A stretch of 64,000 nucleotides of DNA from Macrostomum lignano. Taxonomy: Eukaryota. This document shows positions 41,223-55,136 of the stretch, piece by piece. Each line of letters begins with the position of its first letter. Within the stretch, counting starts at the first letter, position 1. Under the pieces are notes generated by a model. It was not told the DNA's origin and made no database searches. It saw only the letters and a list, made by a program, of their open reading frames with translations. Location: assembly GCA_002269645.1 (NCBI GenBank), contig NIVC01000010.1:2294001-2358000 (forward strand), read 5' to 3'. The position numbers were made by a program, and so were the translations under genes.

Positions 41223-42580
41223 CCCAAGTCCAGTCTCCCAAGTCCAGTCTCCGAAATCCAGTCTCCCAAGTCCAGTCTCCCAAGTCCAGTCTCCTAAGTC
41301 CAGTCTCCCAAGTCCAGTCTCCCAAGTCCAGTCTCCCAAGTCCAGTCTCCTAAGTCCAGTCTCCCAAGTCCAGTCTCCCAAGTCCAGTCTCCCAAGTCCA
41401 GTCTCCCAAGTCCAGTCTCCCAAGTCCAGTCTCCTAAGTCCAGTCTCCCAAGTCCAGTCTCCTAAGTCCAGTCTCCCAAGTCCAGTCTCCCAAGTCCAGT
41501 CTCCCAAGTCCAGTCTCCCAAGTCCAGTCTCCCAAGTCCAGTCTCCCAAGTCCAGTCTCCCAAGTCCAGTCTCCCAAGTCCAGTCTCCCAAGTCCAGTCT
41601 CCCAAGTCCAGTCTCCCAAGTCCAGTCTCCCAAGTCCAGTCTCCCAAGTCCAGTCTCCCAAGTCCAGTCTCCCAAGTCCAGTCTCCCAAGTCCAGTCTCC
41701 CAAGTCCAGTCTCCCAAGTCCAGTCTCCCAAGTCCAGTCTCCCAAGTCCAGTCTCCCAAGTCCAGTCTCCCAAGTCCAGTCTCCCAAGTCCAGTCTCCCA
41801 AGTCCAGTCTCCCAAGTCCAGTCTCCCAAGTCCAGTCTCCCAAGTCCAGTCTCCCAAGTCCAGTCTCCCAAGTCCAGTCTCCCAAGTCCAGTCTCCCAAG
41901 TCCAGTCTCCCAAGTCCAGTCTCCCAAGTCCAGTCTCCCAAGTCCAGTCTCCCAAGTCCAGTCTCCCAAGTCCAGTCTCCCAAGTCCAGTCTCCCAAGTC
42001 CAGTCTCCCAAGTCCAGTCTCCCAAGTCCAGTCTCCCAAGTCCAGTCTCCCAAGTCCAGTCTCCCAAGTCCAGTCTCCCAAGTCCAGTCTCCCAAGTCCA
42101 GTCTCCCAAGTCCAGTCTCCCAAGTCCAGTCTCCCAAGTCCAGTCTCCCAAGTCCAGTCTCCCAAGTCCAGTCTCCCAAGTCCAGTCTCCCAAGTCCAGT
42201 CTCCCAAGTCCAGTCTCCCAAGTCCAGTCTCCCAAGTCCAGTCTCCCAAGTCCAGTCTCCCAAGTCCAGTCTCCCAAGTCCAGTCTCCCAAGTCCAGTCT
42301 CCCAAGTCCAGTCTCCCAAGTCCAGTCTCCCAAGTCCAGTCTCCCAAGTCCAGTCTCCCAAGTCCAGTCTCCCAAGTCCAGTCTCCCAAGTCCAGTCTCC
42401 CAAGTCCAGTCTCCCAAGTCCAGTCTCCCAAGTCCAGTCTCCCAAGTCCAGTCTCCCAAGTCCAGTCTCCCAAGTCCAGTCTCCCAAGTCCAGTCTCCCA
42501 AGTCCAGTCTCCCAAGTCCAGTCTCCCAAGTCCAGTCTCCCAAGTCCAGTCTCCCAAGTCCAGTCTCCCAAGTCCATTTC
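41223..42580. repeat. 14-bp minisatellite (CCAAGTCCAGTCTC), highly homogeneous
   Basis: About 97 near-perfect copies. Confidence 0.98.
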
Positions 42581-43946
42581 CTTAAGTCCAGTCTCATAAC
42601 TCCAGTCCCACCACTCCATTTTACGGAATCCAGTCCCTTGAATCCAGTTTCTCGAGTATTAGCTCCCTATGTCTAGTACTCCAATCGCAAAACATCTCTC
42701 AAATCCAGGCTCTCATATCAGTTCCTAAATTCGGCCCCCTCAAGTCAGCTTCCTTCCTCAAAAGTCTACATAAGTGTCAATAACCTACTTAATCTGCTCC
42801 TCAAATGTGCTTGGAAGTTCTTTTCTAGGAAATCTACAGACGGCCTGACTTCCTTATCATCTCAAAACCATTAGTTTTGCCCGTAAGATGATGCGGTAAA
42901 TTTCCTGACAGGCAGGTGAGTTTCTGGCTTAGCAAAAGGATAGTGTGAAGGCTAAGGATTGATAGCCAGAAGGTCGCAGAAGCATTTATTACTCCACCAC
43001 TCTTTTCTACTGAAGTGCTGAAAGCTTACTGCGTTTAATTTGACAGTCTCAGGTGGTGATAAAGGCGAAAAAATTATTTATTCGACTCTGAAAAAACTCC
43101 TAAACCAAGAGTAGGGCGCGTTTTAAACTCAGAAATTAGCTTCTTCTACTTGTCTTTGCTTCGTCTTTCAACGGGCATTTTGACAAACGCAACCAATAAT
43201 TTGATGTTTTCGAGCGGCAATGAACTCAGCGAAATTCGTCAGCAAAATCTGACGGCAAAATGCTGAAAAGCGCGCATTGAACTAATTACAGGGCTCCTTG
43301 TTGCGAAATTATAGGATAAGTAAATATCTACATCTAATAGTCGTACAGTTTCACTATCCTTCCATATAATCTTCCTTATACTTCTATTGTGATAAACAGC
43401 TGAGTTAGAACAGAGAGGATCGGCTTTGACGCACATTCAAATTCAACGCCATAAACAAACTACGAAGTACTGAGATTGAAATGCTTTCAGCAAGACAGTT
43501 TAGAAAAAGCTGTACACACATTTTATCAAAGCATTAAGCCAGCCATATATCAATTGTTAAGCGCATCTTTCAGATCACCACTCCCCTAGGCAACGAGATG
43601 ACAAGACGGGCAGGCAAATTCGGTGTGACATCCTAACCCGCGCGTTACAGTTCTTCAAGCGAAGCACTGGCTTGGTATAGCAGCATGCATGCAGAAGCGT
43701 GTAGGAGTGCAAAAACTGAGTTGCTGAGGCGTTAGGCACGACGGGCCCCTCATTGGCTCGGAGGCTGGCTTTTGAGGTCACACTGCGACGCGAGTGTAAG
43801 AGAAGAGAGTGCGAGGGAGATAAGGACAGAAAGAGAGGCAACCTCAGAAGCGTCACTTTAATAAACACTGGCGAATTTTCCTACCTAAAGCCATCGAATT
43901 GTCTGACTTTTGTCACCTCAATTCAAAGACTCAGCGCACATACCTG

Positions 43947-44754
43947 ATGCCGTTGAAATCTTCGACGCCGCTGTTCCTATGGACACCAATAGCTCTAGCC
44001 TTCGTTGCTATAGTGATGCCGTTTGAGGTCGCTTCCGCGTTCATTCCGATCAGGGAGCCTGCCAACGTTACCGCTCTAGTGCTGGCTTCAGACTACAATA
44101 CTCAACTAGAGGTGATGAGTCCGATTCAACTGCTCAAACCAGTGTTTCAAGTGGCCAAGCAGCATCAAGTGGTGCGCCGAGCACTGGCTGATCGAATCAA
44201 TTTGCAAGAGGTCTACGTTGACTTCGGCTGCGAGCACAACGTGTCGCTGAAACAGATTATCAATTTAACTTGCGCCCAGAGAAGCAGCGGTAGGGAAACT
44301 TCCACTGAGCCGCGGTTCATTGTCGGAGTACCTTGTTCATATCCGATGAACAATGTCCAGCAGTACATGCTGCAGCCTACGGATGCCGTAGTATCTACGG
44401 GAGCAATTTCTAGTAATCTGGTCAACATGAAGCAGACTATTCGTATTGGAACTACCGCCGACGAGATCTACAAAGCGTTGCGCGCTTTCATTCGGAATCT
44501 GGGCCGGTGGAGAGGGATGTTCTACGTCACGATGAACAACGTGATGACAAAGCGACGGCCGCATTACTATCTGGACTTTGTGCAGTGCAAACTCATCCAG
44601 CAGGCTCTGGATCATCATTTGAAACTCGAGCCAAGCTTCCGATACGAGTATGTCTACGTTGACTCGCTGATCGAGGAGGGCCGGCAGAACGATTCCAGCA
44701 CATCGTCGCTCTATCGGCGAATTCTGCACGAACGCGTGTCCACCAAGTTTTCCG
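43947..44754 (+). CDS. Receptor guanylyl cyclase/NPR-type ectodomain, N-terminal module 2; single exon, open at a phase-1 donor (44755, G|GTAAGA)
   Basis: Signal peptide, NVTALVLASD..QLLKPVFQVA, VDFGC, RFIVGVPCSY, VVSTGA, TIRIG and LGRWRGMFYV. 269 codons plus 1 nt. Confidence 0.78.
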
Positions 44755-46247
44755 GTAAGAATAGAAGAACCTTGGACCTGTTTTTGTGAGCCTTTTCTCT
44801 TTTGTCGCTCAGACAGAAAAGATAATAGATGGATAGATAGGAAGCGACCAATATTGGGGACAGTGCTTGGGTTCGCTATCGTGCAACATTGATTTCTTAA
44901 TTTCCTGTAGCTTTCCCCCCCTACGGCTCCCGCTAAGGGGGGGGGGGTAGAGGAGCGGATGGCCCTCTGTTGAAGAGACTAGATGCCTAGGGTCGGCGTG
45001 GTGAAAGCGAGATAGAAATAGCAGCAGCGGGAAAGTACTTGGATGAGGCCAGACGTCAAGCATAATAGAGCTCAGCTATAAAAGAAGTATTGACTTTATC
45101 AGCTCCAACAGAAGCATACATGTGCCCAAGCAATACAATAGCTATCTAGTTTATTACATTAGCAACTTGAGCACATTGCAAAGCCCGCGCGACAATGAGC
45201 TCATTGACCACCTGTTCCATTTTGCAATCCGGGGATGCTAGAGCGAAAGAATTGACTAGTTGGATGTGGAGATCGCAGCACGCAAGTATTCCCCCCGCCA
45301 GCTGGAGACTTCTGGAGACTGCAAGCCGAGATTCATTCTGTCATTAGCAGGGTGGTGCAGTTTTTCTTGCAGCTGTTTTTGAGATTCTGCGAGCCAGTCA
45401 GCTGCATCTGTAATTACGCGTATGATGACGCACGTCAGCAACACAACTGACGAAATTTTTGAACGATTCCACGAGAAATTCTCAGATCAGGGGGGGGGGG
45501 CAGAGAAAAAGGCAGTATGTGTATGCAATGATTGTGGGAATTGCACTACGAGAGTAGCCAGAGATTTCCTTTCTCAGACATTGATCATTGTCAATGAATG
45601 TGATTACCGAACCAGTGGCTACCTAAGCCACTAACTAAATGTAGCAAATTGTATATAATTAATTAAATTTATATTGATTTGGATTTGGCTACTTAGTTTA
45701 TTGGCTATCTTATCAGTTTGGCCAATTCAGATTGCGTACGAGTATGAGCTGTCAGAATCTCGTCAAAAATGTTGCACAGAGGCTGATCTACTTTATTGTC
45801 ATTCCCCCCGCGCGACAAACAACAAGCTGCAGACCTGTTCGCCCGCTTCAGCTTATTTTTACACTAATAACTAATTTTGTATTCTACGACGAGAGTCGCA
45901 ACCCAAACCTTAAACCCAAGCGCATCTAGTCAAAGATTGCGGCGATCTTGTCTTATGCACGTCTAGGCTTACTTAGACTGGTTTAATTATGTGCAAAACT
46001 ATAAGTACTACTATAAAGGTAAATATGGAAAGAAGCAGTCAATATCGATTTTTATTGGACCGCGTATTAGCCTTCATCCACTGTAAGTGGGCTGTATTGA
46101 TTCAGTAAAGTCTTCTAGACCAGTCGCAAAAAAGTGCGTGACCAGGTGGACCCCCGTGCACCTGAACGCTCGATCATCCCACAAAACTTTTCTTTACAAG
46201 ACAATAAAACTTTACACCCTTGACACCACTTAAGCTCTGACACCCAG

Positions 46248-47050
46248 TTAGACGCAACCTCTCACATCCAGTTTGACGCAACCTCTCGCATCCAGTTTGA
46301 CGCAACCTCTCACATCCAGTTTGACGCAACCTCTCGCATCCAGTTTGACGCAACCTCTCGCATCCAGTTTGACGCAACCTCTCGCATCCAGTTTGACGCA
46401 ATCTCTCGCATCCAGTTTGACGCAACCTCTCACATCCAGTTTGACGCAACCTCTCACATCCAGTTTGACGCAACCTCTCACATCCAGTTTGACGCAACCT
46501 CTCACATCCAGTTTGACGCAACCTCTCACATCCAGTTTGACGCAACCTCTCGCATCCAGTTTAACACAACCTCTCACATCCAGTTTGACGCAACCTCTCA
46601 CATCCAGTTTGACGCAACCTCTCACATCCAGTTTGACGCAACCTCTCACATCCAGTTTGACGCAACCTCTCACATACAGTTTGACGCAGCCTCTCACATT
46701 CAGTTTGACGCAACCTCTCACATCCAGTTTGACGCAACCTCTCACATGCAGTTTGACGCAGCCTCTCACATTCAGTTTGACGCAACCTCTCACATCCAGT
46801 TTGACGCAACCTCTCACATCCAGTTTGACGCAACCTCTCACATCCAGTTTGACGCAACCTCTCGCATCCAGTTTGACGCAACCTCTCGCATCCAGTTTGA
46901 CGCAACCTCTCACATGCAGTTTGACGCAACCTCTCACATCCAGTTTGACGCAACCTCTCACATCCAGTTTGACGCAACCTCTCACATCCAGTTTGACGCA
47001 ACCTCTCACATCCAGTTTGACGCAACCTCTCACATTCAGCTTGATGCAAC
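46248..47050. repeat. 24-bp minisatellite (GTTTGACGCAACCTCTCACATCCA)
   Basis: About 33 copies. Confidence 0.97.
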
Positions 47051-47653
47051 CTCGTTTTGTATAACGAGTATAATCGTTTTGTTAAAATTTTCATGTCGGA
47101 CGACAAAATTTTTCCAGTTAAAAAATTTAACGACTAATTCTGTGACCTAAAAACTGCCAAACGCTTTTTTATTAGGTTCATTTCTTGCTAACCATTTGAT
47201 ACTGTAAGCAAAGCTAGCACAGCCATAATAATCACGGGGTCCTATTTGTTGGATAATTGCTTCAAAAAATATTGATTGCAAGTCCTCAGAAAGCGTTTAC
47301 GTTTTGTTTCGGACTATAAATCTCGTTATTTGATATGTACCCTAGAATCTTGCTAAACTGTAGAAGATTTGAGCTGAGCTTGTTCCTGCTCTGTTGCTTG
47401 AAAGAGGAACCTAAAACAGAGAAATTAGCCAGAGTGTATCAGTTCAATAGCAAGCTGCGATATTCTTTGCAGTTTCTGTCTTCACAAGAACAAATTTTCT
47501 GAAACAATATGTTAATAATAATATTAAATGCTCGATTTTTATAATTTTAGTAAATTGCTTCAACTTTTTTGTCCGTAAACTAACGTTATTTCATCACTGG
47601 GTAGCGCATCTGAGGGCTGCGTACGGCTGTTCAGTCCAAGGACTGGGGGGGGG

Positions 47654-47830
47654 GGTCGCCACACACACCCACAATTACCCCAGCTAATGCTGGCACCCAT
47701 TTTATAGCTGGGTGAACTGAAAGCCATTATGTAGAGTTAAGTGTCTGGCTCAAGGACTCAAATTGTTTCACTGGGATCGGAAATCGAACCCCTGACCTTT
47801 AAGTCGTGAGTCCGACGCTCTAACCGCTCT
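47654..47830 (-). mobile_element. tRNA-headed CORE-like SINE, copy B
   Basis: Reverse complement reads GCGGTTAGAGCGTCGGACTCACGAC..GGTTCGATTTCC..CCTTGAGCCAGACACTTAA..CACCCAGCTATAAAATGGGTGCCAGC, the same family as copy A. Confidence 0.75.
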
Positions 47831-48264
47831 ATTGATTTTAGCATATAACAAATATTATTGTAGTGAGCCACTAGAATAACTGTTAGGTGTCTCACTCTAG
47901 TCAGCAGCTTCTTTGCCCTCGCTCTGAACTTTTGTCTACCACTGAGGGCAGATTTCCTTTTCCCCCCTGCCTGCCCCACCCCTTACTTGTAATTTTTACA
48001 GCCGCCTGGACAGCTTGGCCTGTGGCCTGCTTCTGCGTTCAGCGGTCACTGGTGGCTTCACTAGTGGCTCGCCTTTTCACCTTTACCTTGTCACATGACA
48101 CTAGTCACTAGTCACATAACCAGCCGAACTCACGTGCTCCGGCACCCTTGCTTTTTATTCGGCAAACATTGACGTCAGTTGCTAAAAATAGATCTCACGT
48201 GAATTCCTCACGCTTTCCTATTTCTTCCTATAAAGTAAAAGTCCTATATTTCTTCTTTCAAGAG

Positions 48265-48615
48265 TTTCTGAGATGCCATGGCTCAAGTAGGGAGTTGCTG
48301 AGATGCCATGGCTCAAGTAGGGAGTTGCTGAGATGCCATGGCTCAAGTAGAGAGTTGCTGAGATGCCATGGCTCAAGTGAGGAGTTGCTGAGATGCCATG
48401 GCTCAAGTAGAGAGTTGGTGAGATGCCATGGCTCAATGGGGAGTTGCTGAGATGCCATGGTTCAAGTAGAGAGTTGGTGAGATGCCATGGCTCAAGTAGA
48501 GAGTTGGTGAGATGCCATGGCTCAATGGGGAGTTGCTGAGATGCCATGGTTCAAGTAGAGAGTTGGTGAGATGCCATGGCTCAAGTAGAGAGTTTCTGAG
48601 ATGCCATGGCTCAAT
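48265..48615. repeat. 30-bp minisatellite (GAGATGCCATGGCTCAAGTAGAGAGTTGCT)
   Basis: About 12 copies. Confidence 0.95.
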
Positions 48616-49262
48616 GAGGGAAAGCTGACATCCTAAGCTGCAAGGCTTAATAGTAAGGATAGCTAAACTAAAAGCTACACAAATCTAAATATGCGAGCAT
48701 ATCATCAATAGTTATGTAAAAACGGCTAGTTAAGTTTCCAGTTTTCAATGTTACTCCTTTATTAGGTGACTAAGTAATGGACATTGAGATAAATAATAGT
48801 TCATTGGTATAAACGGAGTATATTTCTTTTCCAAGACACATCTTGCTGCCAAAAATGACCTTCGTAGCCATAGTTCACACAAATGGTGGCTGCTAACATT
48901 GCATATGGTATAGTATATACCATATAGCTATTTCTAGTGGTCCTTAGGAGAGAGTCGAGAGCGACAGATTGAACTATTAGACTCAAAAAAGTCTCAAGCA
49001 TTGGGGGGTAGATGAGATTTCTATTTGGCAGTCAGTCCGGTCCCCCCCCCCAAGAGAGGCTGATGAATCGATTTCGTGACTGCCCACCCCTCTTCGTTAC
49101 TCAATTGGTCTGGGCTTGGCTCCGAGATGAAAATTGTTGTCGCTAAGAGAGTGCAAGTTCTTGTAACTATGCAGGATTAGACATATTGTTCTGATTAGAG
49201 TTCTTAACCTATTTTTAATGTTGATAGCTATGTCACGATAGCCATATTTTATTGGAGTGATA

Positions 49263-49596
49263 TTTAGTCGGAGTGACATTTGGTCGGAGTGACATTTGGT
49301 CGGAGTGACATTTGGTCGGAGTGACATTTGGTCGGAGTGACATTTGGTCGGAGTGACATTTGGTCGGAGTGACATTTGGTCGGAGTGACATTTGGTCGGA
49401 GTGACATTTGGTCGGACTGACATTTGGTCGGAGTGACATTTGGTCGGAGTGACATTTGGTCGGAGTGACATTTGGTCGGAGTGACATTTGGTCGGAGTGA
49501 CATTTGGTCGGAGTGACATTTGGTCGGAGTGACATTTGGTCGGAGTGACATTTGGTCGGAGTGACATTTGGTCGGAGTGACATTTGGTCGGAGTGA
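49263..49596. repeat. 16-bp minisatellite (GGAGTGACATTTGGTC)
   Basis: About 21 near-perfect copies. Confidence 0.97.
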
Positions 49597-51310
49597 AATT
49601 TGAGCTACTGTATGTCTGGTTGTGGCAATTTTTAGAGCACTAAGGAATAAACCATATTCTTCTGGAGCCTTATCAGTAGTGATATAAAACCTTCATCATA
49701 ATATTGATCTCATAATTCGCTAATTTCTATTTGCTAGATGTTACGTGACAGAAGTGATCAGAGGCGCGATTGAAGCTGAAGCTCATAGAAAAAAACTGCG
49801 AGTATAGTAGCATTGCGTCTGTCAGTCAGCTTCCTGACCTGTCCCGTGTCAACTCGATTCCCCCACCTCTGTCAGCCAAATCATCTGGCATTTATAGATA
49901 TTATTGTGATTATTTAGACAATTGGGGCTACATTTGTGTATAAAAGAAGCCTGTGCTTTGATCCAATTTCCTAGCTATGCAGAGAAATGGTTAATATTAC
50001 AAGATAATTTTGTAGGGCTCAGAGAATACTACGAGAATACTATAAGGTGTACAAGCTAGAATGGCTGGTTGACACTCTCCACAAGGGTGTACAGTTTTAC
50101 ATAGTGTCAACTTTCGGCCACGCATGCTCCAGACGGCATGGCATGCATTCAGATAATATTTGACAAATGTTCCAATCTTTAATTGGCATATACGAGTGCT
50201 ACTATAAGTTATTAAATAAACAATTTACAAGCTTGTGCCTAGAGCGTGAGTTCACGGTTAGCGAGAAGGATTATAGCAAGATGAGGATTCCTTGTTGGTT
50301 CTTCTTTCTTCTTGCCAGCTCTCCATTCTACTGCCCGTTTTACATGTAGCTGGCAGTTTACAATATCAAAAACATTGTACTCTAGCTTGTCCGCTTAGGT
50401 TTATATTTTTCGACCAACTTTGACGTGAAGTCAGACCATGAGAAAGTTATGCAGTTGTACATCCCTATGTGACTGGTGGAAGCTCCACGCTTGTAGCCTT
50501 TCACCTTGGTGCTATTTTGTGAACACTGTTTCATGCTAGAAGAAACCAGTTTCTTGTTAGCCCCCAATTGACTGACATTGACTTCTCCCATGTGCCTCGG
50601 TTTGTTTAGCAAGATTCTCCAGTTCATCCAAAGTTTCGCAATATCACCCAGCATGAGCTTTAGCCGTTATTTCTATTTGCTGCTACTGAAACCTCTTTGG
50701 ATGGGATGTCTATCAATGGAGGCATCATTGAAGAGTTAATTTTCTCAAGAAGACAGTGATGTCCTTTCCAAACTAAGAATTTTTTTCAGATTTAAATTCT
50801 TTCTTTCACCTTAAGACCGAACCGTAAATGATTGACTGTCCGAGTATCTATCGAAAAAATATGTAAGATAGTAAGCGAGTAAGAGAGAGAGAGAGACTAA
50901 GTAAGGAGACTAGGGGCCGATTTCATGAAGCATTTCAAGCCGTTTTTGCCGTTCTTTTGGCCATAGACAACACAGGTTTAGCTTGAGCACTATCGAAGGG
51001 TCCCACTTTTATCAATGACAAGTCTACAAGTGGCCTAAGCTTTTGTCAACAGTCTACTTAGATAGAGAAACAAACACATCGCTAGCATACTGTAGCGTTC
51101 CTCTGTCCAGTGCGGATCATCAAAGAAAGAATCAACTTTCAGCCTCGTGGCATTCCGGCTTTCATCTGATCAATTTGAAGATTTGTGTCTTTCATTTTAG
51201 GCTTAACCACTAGCCTCCCATGCCTATTTTTGCTCACACCAGTTACCTCCCACAGCAGCTCTGCTGCCATAGAGTGCTCAAGCAGCAGTTTAAAAAGCTT
51301 GAGGCACGTC

Positions 51311-51374
51311 CATGGAGGAAAGAATAGAATTACATTAGCTCAGATTAGCACTCCATTCTATTCTTTCCTCCATG
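51311..51374. mobile_element. 64-bp hAT-like micro-element
   Basis: Perfect 20-bp TIR CATGGAGGAAAGAATAGAAT, 24-bp core, perfect 8-bp TSD GGCACGTC (51303-51310 / 51375-51382). Confidence 0.85.
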
Positions 51375-53024
51375 GGCACGTCTCACTCCCTGCCAACGGG
51401 CAACTCGTGGTTAAAGAGATACAGAATGAAAGGAGCCAAACAAAATAGCACTTATCATTTAAGCACTAATCATTTATAATCAAAAGCTTCATGAAAGCCC
51501 AAGAGAGTTCAAAATTCTATGGTTCAAAGCCAAAGTTTATAGCCTTGAAAGGCCTAGACCTTTGTAAGACCTAGGTCGACCCATAGACTGCGCAACTATA
51601 GGGTCCTATTTTTAAACTTGAAAAGTGGTTGCAAAATTCTCATGAAACTGAAATCGCTGTCACTTATCACTTGTCACTTGTAATTTATTGTCAATTTGTC
51701 ACTGTCACTTGTACTTGCCTCATGAACTCGGCCCCATGTACGAGTATTCCGTGAAATCTCTTTATTTTCTATTTCTGCAGACAGTGTCAAAAGATAAACT
51801 TAACGTATAACGTGAAAGTATCCAATTTTAGCTTTCCTTTGTTAAGCAAACGGAAATGCTATATTTTACTTTAACTATAAAGAGTTCACAGAAGCAACCA
51901 ACTATAGCACATTGAAAAGTGCATAGTTTTTTTTTGCAAAAAATCGCCTTCACATGCCTTCGTCTGTAAGCCTGTCTAAGAACAATGCTGTGATTTTTGT
52001 GATCTTCCTTTTGTCGGTCGGCCAATATTGAATTTCCAAATAGTAGAACAATCAAGGGGCAGATACGCTTCTAGAATTTTTAGGGTCAACAAGTGCAACT
52101 TCTAAGCTTTGTCAGACGGGAATTCCGTAGGATAAAAATATGTTCAACACGGCTCAACAAGGACTGAAAGGTTAAACGCCGTCTTTAACTTTCTGTGCCT
52201 TGAGAGAGTTGGCTCTTATGAATTTGAAATCGATTGACAAATATGAATTCCTGGGATCGAGGGACTTCAAGCCGCAAATTGTTCTGAAATTTTTCCTGAG
52301 CAAATGTTTTAAAAACACGCGGCTATACATGTAGCTAGATATGGTAAAAATCAATTACTCGTAATAGAAGAAATACAAAAGACCATGCAGTACCAAAGTT
52401 AAAGCAACCTATTAATATTGTACGCGAACTCAGCCTAACACCAGCTGAGACCTCGATTTTTAATTCCAAGTTCCATCATTTATAAATGAGTGTGAAATAT
52501 CGATTTTTTTCTTGTGCTCTACCGGTATTCAAAAAGCGAGAACTACTCGTAAAATAGATTTTTTCAATGTCAACTATTCGTTTCAGTTTTAAGCAGGTTT
52601 TCTATACTAACAACTTCTAATACGAGTACAAGAGAAGTTATATGAAATGGATGTGCAAGATTTGATAGTTTTATTAAGCTTACGGCTCAGTTCCTGTAGC
52701 TTAGTTTTTTTGCACTCATAGGGAACGAAAAACAAATTTTAACTTGACCTCAGTTATCGCATTCATTCAGTGCTTAGCTTTAAAATGAAGATCTATGACA
52801 GTTGCGCTATTATGATGCATTTGTGAGTATGAGATCCGGCAAACTTTTACTGGGCTTCAGACTCGAAATTCGAAAAAGCCTAAGCAAGAAAGTAAAGGAG
52901 CCTAAAAGGTTTTCATCACAATACGCCTTTAGAATGGCTTGAGTACGACTTTGAAGCATGATTTCTTTAGCACTACTCTGTGCTGCCTCTGGGCTCTTAA
53001 TCTAGGTATCTATCTGCTCGTATT

Positions 53025-53434
<410 letters not shown>

Positions 53435-54189
53435 ATCTGGTCTAATTAATTTGAATCACTAAACATTCTGTACTACCTACTATCTGAGTAGCATTCCATG
53501 AAAGATGATCAGTTTTCAGTCCTTTCAAATAAAAACAGACTGAAGATCTGTCTCGAGCCGCAAGCAGGCAAAGCTGCAGGAGATTAACTCGCAAGTAGTT
53601 TTCCTTCTTTACTTTTCTATTCATGACGCAAGCAGGTGAGGGCCTCGAGCAAAGCTTTGAGGCTCCCGGCCTGCCTGGCCAAGTAGAAAATTGCGTCGCA
53701 AGAAAAGTAGACGAGAGGGGCAGCAGAGTCCCGATGTAACGATTTGTGCAAACTCTGCCTGTCTGTCCCGCCTTACCCCCTCATTTCACACGGGTCTCAT
53801 CAGCCGCCATCTGCTCACCTGCGCTTCGACAGACGGACTAGCGGCATGTTGCCTCGTCAGTGTTTTTTCCTGGGAGGATTGACCCGTCAGAGACTGAGCA
53901 GCCCTCGGGGGTGGGGGGTCGCCTCGCTTGGGCAACTTGCGCCACGCAAAAAATATGAAACAAAAGCAAAAGAAATGATGATTGCAGGCCTGACAGAGGC
54001 AATTATGGCTAAAGATGTAGAAGAAGGGATGATTAGGAAAAATGAGGACTTGAGTAGTTAACTATGTTCACTAGATTAAGCTGTAGTTTCTACAAGTATT
54101 GATCAAATATATGGAATAACTTTTCATGGACTTGATTATTCAAACAAATCAAATAATTTAACTTCACTAATGAATTTATTACTTGTACT

Positions 54190-55136
54190 AGCATGGAAAT
54201 AGAATGGATAGATAATGGAAATAGAATGAATAGATAATGGAAATAGAATAAATATAGAAAATGGAAGAAGAGAGGATAGATCATGGAAATAGAACAGATA
54301 TATCATGGAAATAGAATGTAGAGATCATGGAATAGAATGGATAGATCATGGAAATAGAATGGATAGATCATGGAAATAGAATGTAGAGATCATGGAATAG
54401 AATGGATAGATCATGGAAATAGATTGGATAGATCATGGAAATAGAACAGATATATCATGGAAATAGAACAGATATATCATGGAAATAGAATGTAGAGATC
54501 ATGGAATAGAACAAATATATCATGGAAATAGAACAGATATATCATGGAAATAGAATGTAGAGATCATGGAATAGAATGGATAGATCATGGAAATAGAATG
54601 GAAATATTATGGAAATAGAATGGATAGATCATGGAAATAGAATGGATAGATCATGGAAATAGATTGGATAGATCATGGAAATACAATGGATAGATCATGG
54701 AAATAGATTGGATAGATCATGGAAATAGATTGGATAGATCATGGAAATAGAATGGATAGATCATGGAAATAGATTGGATAGATCATGGAAATAGAATGGA
54801 TAGATCATGGAAATAGATTGGATAGATCATGGAAGTAGAATGGATAGATCATGGAAATAGAATGGATAGATCATGGAAATAGAATGGAAAGATCATGGAA
54901 ATAGAATGGATATGGATCATGGAAATAGAATGGATAGATCATGGAAATAGAATGGATAGATCATGGAAATAGATTGGATAGATCATGGAAATAGAATGGA
55001 AAGATCATGGAAATAGAATGGATATGGATCATGGAAATAGAATGGATAGATCATGGAAATAGAATGGATAGATCATGGAAATAGATTGGATAGATCATGG
55101 AAATAGAATGGATAGATCATGGAAATAGAACGGATA
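54190..55136. repeat. 22-bp minisatellite (TAGAATGGATAGATCATGGAAA)
   Basis: Read directly. Confidence 0.96.

Noticed and set aside
50400-50760. Coding-like stretch broken by several stops
   Set aside because: No family motif recognised; a translated profile search would be needed.
50913-51500. Possible Harbinger-like MITE (GGGCCGATTTCATGAAGC ... GCTTCATGAAAGCCC)
   Set aside because: Inverted match needs a 3-nt gap and there is no TSD.
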